From Acidimicrobiales bacterium (GTDB taxonomy: Bacteria; Actinomycetota; Acidimicrobiia; Acidimicrobiales; GCA-2861595), in assembly GCA_035525365.1 (NCBI GenBank), contig DATLEK010000067.1:14750-38749 (forward strand): a stretch of 24,000 bases of DNA, in the 5' to 3' direction. The notes under the pieces are model-generated. The model was not told the DNA's origin, searched no databases, and was given only the letters and a program-made list of their open reading frames with translations. Both the position numbers and the translations under genes were made by a program. Shown here piece by piece: positions 15,299 through 22,720 of this stretch (its first letter is position 1; every line of letters begins with the position of its first letter).

Positions 15299-15883
15299 AT
15301 GACCAGTCCCGACGAGGGGCCCGAATGGGCGGACGAGGCCCATCTGGACGAGGTGTTCTCCACTTGGGTGCCCGGCCCGCCTGACAGCGCCTCGGCCGCG
15401 GAGAAGGAGATGGCGGGCGACAACCCGCGTCTGGAGATCCCCGAAGAGGACATCTCCGACGAGGACATGGAGGCTGCCCTCGCCGCCGCTCTGGCCGAGG
15501 CGGAGCAGCTATCCGCCGACGCTCAGGACATCGAGGCTCAGGACATCGAGACAGCGCCGGCGGCCGCCGGCCGCCCTGAAACTTCGGAACCGGCCAGCCC
15601 TTCATGGCTCAACGTCACCGAGCCCGAGCCGCCGGCGGCCGGCACGATGGCGCCTGACCCGATCTTCGACCCCGAGCCAAAGCCCGAGCCGATCTTCGAC
15701 CCCGAGCCAGAGCGCGAGCCGATCTTCGACCCCGAGCCGGTCTTCGACCCGGAGCCGCAGCCCGAGCCCGTATTCGAACCGGCCCCTCCCCCGCCGCCGG
15801 AAGCCAGCCGGGTCGCCCGCCCATGGAGCCGCAGCGACGACGACATACTCCCCGGCCGCAAGGGCAAGGGCCGCCGGCGCTGA
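15299..15883 (+). CDS. Acidic, probably disordered protein with PIFDPEP tandem repeats and a basic C-terminus
   Basis: Start is ATG 15299 (alternative GTG 15245). G/C-rich third positions. Sequence features: EEDISDEDMEAALAAALAEAEQL, AQDIEAQDIE, PIFDPEPKPE-PIFDPEPERE-PIFDPEPVFDPEPQPEPVFEP, and the ending PWSRSDDDILPGRKGKGRRR. No family recognised. Confidence 0.6.
   Translation: MTSPDEGPEWADEAHLDEVFSTWVPGPPDSASAAEKEMAGDNPRLEIPEEDISDEDMEAALAAALAEAEQLSADAQDIEAQDIETAPAAAGRPETSEPASPSWLNVTEPEPPAAGTMAPDPIFDPEPKPEPIFDPEPEREPIFDPEPVFDPEPQPEPVFEPAPPPPPEASRVARPWSRSDDDILPGRKGKGRRR
15658..15783 (+). repeat. 30-bp tandem repeat (about 2.6 near-identical copies plus degenerate 18-bp sub-repeats) inside CDS 15299..15883
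   Basis: 15661-15690 is gatcttcgaccccgagccaaagcccgagcc and 15691-15720 is gatcttcgaccccgagccagagcgcgagcc (28/30 identical). 15721 onward reads gatcttcgaccccgagcc, then ggtcttcgacccggagcc.... Confidence 0.9.
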
Positions 15884-15889
15884 ACCCGG

Positions 15890-16195
15890 TCAGCGACCGG
15901 TGGGGGCGGCCAGCTCCTCTTCCTCGGGGATCCCGAGGTCCCAGTCGAGAATGATGTTCTCCCGCTCCGCGTCCCGGGCCACACGTTCCCGGTTACGCCG
16001 GAACTGCGGGTCGTGGGGCGGCAGGAGGACGAGCCGGGCCAGCGCCCGCTGCCGGAACTCCTCGATCAGAGCCCGATCACCGAAGTCCGACTGCACGTCC
16101 CAATGGGGAGCGACAGGCCCGAGGTAGACGATGCGGACATGGCCGCGGGGGGGTTGCGGGGGGAGCGTCTCGCCCGAGGTGGACATAGTGGACAT
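15890..16195 (-). CDS. Hypothetical protein, 101 aa, immediately downstream of htrA paralogue 2
   Basis: ATG 16195 lies 9 nt after the htrA-2 stop (16205). Non-low-complexity sequence: VRIVYLGPVAPHWDVQSDFGDRALIEEFRQRALARLVLLPPHDPQFRRNRERVARDAERENIILDW. G/C-rich third positions. Family not recognised. Confidence 0.6.
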   Translation of the reverse strand: MSTMSTSGETLPPQPPRGHVRIVYLGPVAPHWDVQSDFGDRALIEEFRQRALARLVLLPPHDPQFRRNRERVARDAERENIILDWDLGIPEEEELAAPTGR

Positions 16196-16204
16196 GGCCG
16201 CACC

Positions 16205-17581
<1,377 letters not shown>

Positions 17582-17703
17582 CTGCCGATCAATTCGAAGT
17601 CGACAAGTTGCGTGATGTTCCCATCCGGAAAGGTCGTTCCCTCCGGAGATCGTCCGGGAACCAATCCGCAACTCGAGACGTTGCACCCCGTATGGAGGTG
17701 GTC

Positions 17704-17991
17704 ATGGACGCGAACTGGATGGCCGAGGGCAATTGTCGGAACGAACCGCCCTCGATGTTCTTCCCGAGCGACGGGGTGGGTGTCGAGGTGGCCCGCCGCA
17801 TCTGTGCCACGTGCCCGGTGCAGGAGCCCTGTCTGGAGTACGCCCTGCGCAACCGCATCGACCACGGCGTGTGGGGTGGGGCGTCCGAGCGGGAGCGGCG
17901 CCGGATAGCCCGACGGCGCCGGCTGGACGCCCTGACCACGGCCACGACCACGGGTACCTCTGATGGCGGTACCGCGGCAGCCACTCCGTAG
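17704..17991 (+). CDS. WhiB-family [4Fe-4S] transcription factor, paralogue 1
   Basis: ATG 17704 is preceded by GGAGG (17695-17699); an alternative in-frame ATG lies at 17692. Cys pattern is GNC...ICATCPVQEPC. Also GVWGGASERERRR and a basic tail. Confidence 0.9.
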   Translation: MDANWMAEGNCRNEPPSMFFPSDGVGVEVARRICATCPVQEPCLEYALRNRIDHGVWGGASERERRRIARRRRLDALTTATTTGTSDGGTAAATP

Positions 17992-17993
17992 CG

Positions 17994-18200
17994 TCAAGAC
18001 CCCGACTTGGGCGTCCTCTGGGCTCGCCCGGCGTCGTCCAGCCCGCCCTCGTCCTCTTCACGGGCTCCGTCGTTGACCCCGTGCTTGAACTCCTTGGAGG
18101 CCTGGCCGAGCGACCGGGCCAGCTTGGGCAGCCGGGTGGAGCCGAACAGCAGCAGTACGACAGCCAGGATGATCAAAAGTTCCGGCGCTCCCAGATTCAT
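17994..18200 (-). CDS. tatA: Twin-arginine translocase subunit TatA/E
   Basis: Track ORF 17994..18434 trimmed to ATG 18200, with GAGGAG upstream. Sequence is [41 protein letters not shown] followed by an acidic tail. The start overlaps the stop of the upstream LLM gene (ATGA). Confidence 0.9.
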   Translation of the reverse strand: MNLGAPELLIILAVVLLLFGSTRLPKLARSLGQASKEFKHGVNDGAREEDEGGLDDAGRAQRTPKSGS

Positions 18201-19159
18201 GGTGCTCCTCTGTCCTTCGTTGCCGACGCCACCACTTCGACGTCGTCGGTTGTCGTCACAGAGAACGGTACTGCGCCGAGGTTCACGATGAGCGTCGCCA
18301 CCCCCAGAGCCTCCCATCCGGCAACCTGCTCGCGCACCTGATCGACGGTCCCGACCAGTCGCCCCTGGCGGTACTCCTCCAGGGATGTGGCGTCGAGCAC
18401 GCCGGGCGGTGTGAGGTTCCGGAGCCTTTCCCACCGCCGGTCGAGATCGGCCTCGTCCTCACCGACGAGGGCGTAGCGGTTGATCGACCGGCTGATCGCC
18501 GCCGGGTCTCGCCCGATGCGCTCGCAGTGCCGCTCGAGAACCTGCACGCGCTCTGAGTAGGCCTCCGGGGTCCCGACCCAACCGCCGGCGTTCCACCCGT
18601 CGGCGTATTCCGCCGTCACCCCCAGGACCCGATCGCCCTGGCCGCCTACCCAGATCGGAGGGCGCGGCTGCTGCACCGGGCGGGGAAGGAAGGCATGGCC
18701 ACTGAGCACGTCCCGGACGACCCTGACCGTCTCGGCCAACTGGTCCACCCGCACCCCGGGACGCTCGAAGGCGATACCGGCGGTCTCGTACTCCGGGCGG
18801 AACCACCCGGCACCGATTCCTGCGATGAGGCGGCCACCGCTGAGCACGTCCAACGTGGCGAGGGCCTTGGCCAGCACCGCCGGCGGCCGGAGCTGGGCGC
18901 ACAGCACCAGGGTGCCGAGCCGCACCGTGCTGGTGGAGCGGGCCAGAGCGGCCAGGGTGGCGAGCGGCTCGAACCCGCCGTGATCACCGGCTGGAGCGCC
19001 GTACTTCTCGATCGACAGGAAGAGGTGGTCCGACAGCCACACCGAGTCCAGACCGACCGACTCGGCCGTACACGCCCACTCGGCGAGGGTCTCCCAGGTA
19101 AGGGGGCTTTCGCCGGCGACGGAGTAGTCGTACTGCGGTAGCGCCAGGCCCACCTCCAC
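18197..19159 (-). CDS. Luciferase-like monooxygenase (LLM) family flavin/F420-dependent oxidoreductase
   Basis: [43 protein letters not shown]. Length is 320 aa. GTG start at 19159 (alternative 19153). Confidence 0.83.
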   Translation of the reverse strand: MEVGLALPQYDYSVAGESPLTWETLAEWACTAESVGLDSVWLSDHLFLSIEKYGAPAGDHGGFEPLATLAALARSTSTVRLGTLVLCAQLRPPAVLAKALATLDVLSGGRLIAGIGAGWFRPEYETAGIAFERPGVRVDQLAETVRVVRDVLSGHAFLPRPVQQPRPPIWVGGQGDRVLGVTAEYADGWNAGGWVGTPEAYSERVQVLERHCERIGRDPAAISRSINRYALVGEDEADLDRRWERLRNLTPPGVLDATSLEEYRQGRLVGTVDQVREQVAGWEALGVATLIVNLGAVPFSVTTTDDVEVVASATKDRGAP

Positions 19160-19176
19160 CGTGCCACCCTACGGGG

Positions 19177-20028
19177 ATGCTCGAGTGCGTCGTGAACGTC
19201 AGCGAAGGCCGGGACGCAGTGGTGATCGAAGCCCTGGGAAGTGCCGCCGGAGCGCAGTTGCTCGACGTGCACAGCGATCCTGAGCACCATCGCAGCGTCC
19301 TGACCCTGGCCGGGCCCGGGGTCGAGGAGGCGGTGCGGCGGCTCGTCGCCGAGGCGGTGCCCCGCATCGACCTGCGATCGCACCAGGGCGTGCACCCGCG
19401 TTTGGGCGCGGTGGACGTGGTGCCCTTTGTCGCCTTGGACGATGCGCCGCCGGCCGCAGCCGTGGGCGCCCGGGACCGCTTCGCGGCGTGGGCGGCAGCG
19501 GAGTTGGGCGTCCCCTGTTTCCTGTACGGCCCTGAACGGAGCCTGCCTGAAGTCCGCCGATCCGCCTTCGCCGGCCTCAACCCCGACCTGGGACCACCGC
19601 AGCCTCACCCCACTGCCGGCGCCATCGCCGTGGGTGCCCGGCCGCTCCTGGTCGCCTACAACCTGTGGCTCGCCGGGGAGGTGGGCCTCGCCCGGGCCCA
19701 GGAGGTGGCGCGGGTGCTGCGCAGCCCTGCCGTCCGCGCCCTCGGCCTCCAGGTGGGTGGTGCGGTCCAGGTCTCGTGCAACCTCATAGACCCTCTCGTC
19801 TTCGGTCCCGGGGCGGCCTTCGACGCGGTCTCGGCGCTGGTGACGGTGACCCGGGCCGAGCTCGTGGGGCTGGCACCGGAGGCGGTGGTGGCCGCCGTGG
19901 CCTCCTCGCGATGGGCGGAACTGGATCTCGACAGCTCCAGAACGATCGAGGCCCGCCTTTCACAGGCGGGCCTCGAGGGGGAAGATTTGGCGCCAGTACC
20001 GGTCGTGGACGGTGCTGACGGCCTTTGA
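19177..20028 (+). CDS. Glutamate formimidoyltransferase (FTCD N-terminal domain family)
   Basis: Hallmark N-terminus MLECVVNVSEGRD, then HHRSVLTL and GVHPRLGAVDVVPF. ATG 19177 lies only 17 bp from the divergent LLM start. Confidence 0.83.
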   Translation: MLECVVNVSEGRDAVVIEALGSAAGAQLLDVHSDPEHHRSVLTLAGPGVEEAVRRLVAEAVPRIDLRSHQGVHPRLGAVDVVPFVALDDAPPAAAVGARDRFAAWAAAELGVPCFLYGPERSLPEVRRSAFAGLNPDLGPPQPHPTAGAIAVGARPLLVAYNLWLAGEVGLARAQEVARVLRSPAVRALGLQVGGAVQVSCNLIDPLVFGPGAAFDAVSALVTVTRAELVGLAPEAVVAAVASSRWAELDLDSSRTIEARLSQAGLEGEDLAPVPVVDGADGL

Positions 20029-20088
20029 GTGGGCCCGAACCAGGGGCGGAGCCCTGGGGGGAGGTTCAGGTACCCGGTGCGTGCGATG

Positions 20089-20370
20089 TCACGAAGCGGC
20101 GCCGCTCCTCCGGGCGAGGGCACGGGCGCGGCGGACCCGACGGCGTTCCCGCTCGCTCATGCCTCCCCAGATCCCGAACTTCTCGCCGTTGGCCAGGGCG
20201 TACTCGAGGCAGTCCGTCTGCACGACGCAACCCCGGCACACCTCCTTCGCCTCGCGCGTGGACGCGCCCCGTTCGGGGAAGAACAGGTCGGGGTCCACAC
20301 CCATGCAGTTGGCCCTGTCCTGCCACGCCAACTCCGCCGGATCTATCAGTGTCCGCAACATGCGTTCCAT
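20089..20370 (-). CDS. WhiB-family [4Fe-4S] transcription factor, paralogue 2
   Basis: AWQDRANC...DPDLFFPERG...AKEVCRGCVVQTDCLEYAL...GIWGGMSERERRR. ATG 20370 is preceded by AAGGGAGCGAGG; an alternative ATG lies at 20361. Confidence 0.9.
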   Translation of the reverse strand: MERMLRTLIDPAELAWQDRANCMGVDPDLFFPERGASTREAKEVCRGCVVQTDCLEYALANGEKFGIWGGMSERERRRVRRARALARRSGAAS

Positions 20371-20404
20371 CAGGACCTCGCTCCCTTTCGGTGGGGTGGT
20401 CCAC

Positions 20405-20422
20405 CCGTTGTAATTACAACGG
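20405..20422. promoter_or_regulatory. Perfect 18-bp palindrome CCGTTGTAATTACAACGG; putative operator or 5'-UTR hairpin in the whiB-2 / flavin-reductase divergent region
   Basis: Read directly: ccgttgtaa|ttacaacgg is self-complementary with no mismatch. It lies 35-52 nt upstream of the whiB-2 ATG and 99-116 nt upstream of GTG 20521. It is strikingly A/T-rich for this sequence. Confidence 0.5.
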
Positions 20423-20426
20423 TGTC

Positions 20427-20455
20427 ATCATGCTCCGTTCTCCGGCGGAATGCAA
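20427..20455 (-). promoter_or_regulatory. Candidate promoter for whiB-2: -35 TTGCAT, 17-nt spacer, -10 CATGAT (minus-strand reading)
   Basis: The reverse complement of 20427-20455 reads TTGCAT tccgccggagaacggag CATGAT. The predicted transcription start would fall at the edge of the 18-bp palindrome. This is hexamer matching by eye only. Confidence 0.3.
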
Positions 20456-20520
20456 GAAGAGATTTGAGTTTCTGATGGGTCTGTGCCGGGTACCCTTGGT
20501 CTTCCCGCCCGAGGTCGCCT

Positions 20521-21522
20521 GTGGCCGCCACAGATTTCGCCGAAGATTCCGACCGACGCTGGAGCAAGGTGAGCCGCTACGGGCGGCGGGCGAGGGTCAG
20601 CAGGACCGAACAGGTGGCGACGGCGGGCACGATGCGCATCCGGTTCGAGGTGGTCGACGAGGGGCCCTTCGCCTTCCTGCCCGGTCAGTTCGTGGGCATC
20701 GAGTTCGCCGCCGCCGGGCTCGGGTACCGGCGTAGCCCGTACTGCCTCCTGCCCCGGCCCGCCGAGGAGGAGCGGAGCTTCGAGTTGCTCGTCCGGGTGG
20801 TCGACGGTGGCCAGATCTCGCGCTACCTCGGGTCCCTGGAGGTCGGTGACGAGATCGCCTTCCGCCCCCCCACCGGGCGTTCGATGCTCCCAAAGGACCC
20901 CACCCGCGAGATCGTCCTCCTGGCCACCGGTGTGGGGGTGGCGCCGTTCCTCGCCCTGGCCACCCATCTGACGAGCGAGGGGTACAGCCAGCCGGTCCGT
21001 CTGTACTGGGGCCTGCGCCGGCCGGAGGACATCTGCCTGACCGCCGAGCTGGACGAACTGGTCCGGCGCAACGGCAACTTCTCCTACGAGGTGTCGCTCT
21101 CCCAGCCGCCGGCAACGTGGGGCGGGCTGCGAGGCCGTCTCACCGAGTCCGTCCCGCCGCTGCTCCCCCGGCTGGGCGGAAGAGCCTTCTACCTCTGCGG
21201 GAACGGGGCCATGGTCGAGGAGATGGACATGGCCCTGTCCGACATGGGCGTGTCCGAGGAGTTCATCTACAAGGAGGCGTACTTCAACCGGAGGCACAAG
21301 CCGGACCCGGCGACGATGGAGGCCCTGCGCAGCCGGTTCGTCGCAGATGACCTCTTCTCCCCGTTCGCCCACCAGTCGGCTTCGTTGTTCGAGGTGCGCA
21401 AGACCTTCCAGCCCGTGGCCCGGAACGTGACGGCCGACGCCTCCTCGGACCTGTTCCGCCGGGTGCCCCAGGGCCGGCGAGTACCGCGGGAGGAGCGGGA
21501 CCCCTCAGCCGGGCCTGGTTGA
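20521..21522 (+). CDS. Ferredoxin-NADP reductase-family FAD/NAD(P)-binding oxidoreductase with a roughly 75-aa C-terminal extension
   Basis: FAD-binding barrel with RRSPYCL (RxYS-type motif), the NAD(P) motif LLATGVGVAPF, and YLCGNGAMV...YKEAYF, which is where this family normally ends. It is followed by NRRHKPDPATMEALRSRFVADDLFSPF.... The GTG 20521 start is uncertain. Confidence 0.8.
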   Translation: MAATDFAEDSDRRWSKVSRYGRRARVSRTEQVATAGTMRIRFEVVDEGPFAFLPGQFVGIEFAAAGLGYRRSPYCLLPRPAEEERSFELLVRVVDGGQISRYLGSLEVGDEIAFRPPTGRSMLPKDPTREIVLLATGVGVAPFLALATHLTSEGYSQPVRLYWGLRRPEDICLTAELDELVRRNGNFSYEVSLSQPPATWGGLRGRLTESVPPLLPRLGGRAFYLCGNGAMVEEMDMALSDMGVSEEFIYKEAYFNRRHKPDPATMEALRSRFVADDLFSPFAHQSASLFEVRKTFQPVARNVTADASSDLFRRVPQGRRVPREERDPSAGPG

Positions 21523-22035
21523 CGACTCCATCGAGTCGGGGTCGGCCTTGGCCCTGCGGATGAACCGGTTGATGCTGTCCAGCACCCATACGGGCCCGGC
21601 GTTCAGCTCGGCCACGGGCGGCGGAAAGCCTTTGGCCCGCACCAGCACCGTCACCAGCTGATTGCTCACGCCCAGAAGATCGGCCAACTCGGTGATCCCG
21701 ATGAGCGGCGGGACGTCCACCTCGGGCCCGTCGCTGGCCAGCTCGGCCATCGTGAACGCCTCGGCGTCCACCACCGGACTGTCGGGCAGGCCGACGGTGG
21801 CAGCTGCGTCCTTGAGCGTCTCCACCCCCTCTTCTATCGCCGACTCTGCGCCCGAGGTCCGCACGAAGAACCGTGCTCCATAGCGCCGGCCGTCCTTCGA
21901 CACCAGCGGCACCCCACCCCGGTCGACGATCGCCTCCCGGAGCACGACGAGCTTCGACTCCAGATCCGGAATCGGCTCGTCGCTCTCCTCCAGAGCGATC
22001 TCGATGGCCACGCTTCGCCCTTCCACCCGAGCCAC
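21505..22035 (-). CDS. Two-domain protein: uncharacterised roughly 100-aa N-terminal domain plus a C-terminal excisionase/MerR-like helix-turn-helix
   Basis: GTG start at 22035. The C-terminal region IGITELADLLGVSNQLVTVLVRAKGFPPPVAELNAGPVWVLDSINRFI looks like an HTH_17/AlpA-type DNA-binding domain. The 3' end overlaps the convergent reductase gene by 18 nt. Confidence 0.6.
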   Translation of the reverse strand: MARVEGRSVAIEIALEESDEPIPDLESKLVVLREAIVDRGGVPLVSKDGRRYGARFFVRTSGAESAIEEGVETLKDAAATVGLPDSPVVDAEAFTMAELASDGPEVDVPPLIGITELADLLGVSNQLVTVLVRAKGFPPPVAELNAGPVWVLDSINRFIRRAKADPDSMESSTRPG

Positions 22036-22113
22036 GGTATCCGCTTTCGTAAACGGGTTTCAGTTGCGCAGAGTGGGTAGGAATACCCGCTCACGACACG
22101 ACGAGGAGAGCTT

Positions 22114-22560
22114 ATGTCCACCATAGAAGAAGTCATTGAAGTAGAGGTACCTGTCCGCACTGCGTACAACCAGTGGACCCAGTTCGAGGAGTTCCCGCAG
22201 TTCATGGAGGGCGTCGAGCAGATCACCCAGATCACCGACACCCGCAACCACTGGGTCACCGAGATCGCCGGCGTCGAGCGGGAGTTCGACACCGAGATCG
22301 TGGAACAGGTGCCCGACCAGAGGATCGCCTGGAGGACCATCGACGGCCCCACGCAGGCCGGCATCGTCAGCTTCCAGCCGGTCGACACCACCCGCACCAA
22401 GGTGAAGCTCCAGATGGAGATCGACCCTGACGGCATCGTGGAGCAGGCGGGCGACAAGCTCGGCTTCGTGAGCCGCCGAACCAAGGGCGACATGGAGCGC
22501 TTCAAGCAGTTCATCGAGTCCCGAGGCTCCGAGACCGGCGGCTGGCGCGGCCAGATCTGA
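22114..22560 (+). CDS. SRPBCC-superfamily (polyketide cyclase/dehydrase-like, START fold) protein
   Basis: ATG 22114 is preceded by GAGGAGAG. Sequence features: VEVPVRTAYNQWTQFEEFPQFMEGV, QRIAWRTIDGP, FKQFIESRGSETGGWRGQI. A/T-richer than its neighbours: I counted 29 G/C in the first 60 nt. Confidence 0.85.
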   Translation: MSTIEEVIEVEVPVRTAYNQWTQFEEFPQFMEGVEQITQITDTRNHWVTEIAGVEREFDTEIVEQVPDQRIAWRTIDGPTQAGIVSFQPVDTTRTKVKLQMEIDPDGIVEQAGDKLGFVSRRTKGDMERFKQFIESRGSETGGWRGQI

Positions 22561-22590
22561 CCGATCCCGAACGGAACGTAGAAGTACAAC

Positions 22591-22619
22591 GGCAGCCGCC
22601 CCTTACCCGGGCGGCTGCC
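22591..22619 (+). terminator. GC-rich hairpin downstream of the SRPBCC gene (11-bp stem, 7-nt loop, no U-tract)
   Basis: GGCAGCCGCCC-cttaccc-GGGCGGCTGCC, with perfectly complementary arms, 31 nt after the stop codon. Confidence 0.55.
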
Positions 22620-22708
22620 GCCGCGTCAGAGCCATGTCACCGAGCGGCGAGCCCGAAAAACCGCTTTGGCTAACCGCACAAGGTAGCTACAACGTACTGC
22701 AAAATGTT

Positions 22709-22714
22709 TATAGT
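22709..22714 (+). promoter_or_regulatory. Near-consensus -10 hexamer TATAGT, 7 nt upstream of ATG 22721 (consistent with a leaderless mRNA)
   Basis: The sequence reads tttaTATAGTaggtgtATG, and there is no Shine-Dalgarno sequence between the hexamer and the ATG. The -35 region (gctaca) is a poor match. Confidence 0.3.
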
Positions 22715-22720
22715 AGGTGT

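Noticed and set aside
17582-17703. Leader peptide or uORF upstream of whiB-1 (by analogy with whiB7), including track ORF 17612..17908
   Set aside because: The only ORF there runs out of frame into whiB-1 for 98 codons with no terminator-antiterminator structures. Only weak 5-bp inverted repeats (CCGGA/TCCGG) were seen.
19160-19176. 17-bp divergent gap between the LLM and formimidoyltransferase starts as evidence for two leaderless promoters
   Set aside because: I could not find a convincing TANNNT -10 hexamer at the right distance for either start. The start-codon calls (GTG 19159 or 19153) are themselves uncertain.
22634-22720. Upstream in-frame ATG 22634 as the start of the Schlafen-like gene
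   Set aside because: The 29 intervening codons have A/T-rich third positions (aaa, ctt, cta, caa, gta, aat, gtt, tat, agt), unlike the rest of the gene, and the ATG sits directly after the terminator hairpin. ATG 22721 is preferred, but 22634 is not excluded.
22620-22720. tRNA, attachment site or small RNA in the A/T-richer spacer
   Set aside because: I could build no cloverleaf, and only a weak GAGCGG/CCGCTT hairpin is present. No matching direct repeat was found elsewhere in the window to suggest att sites.
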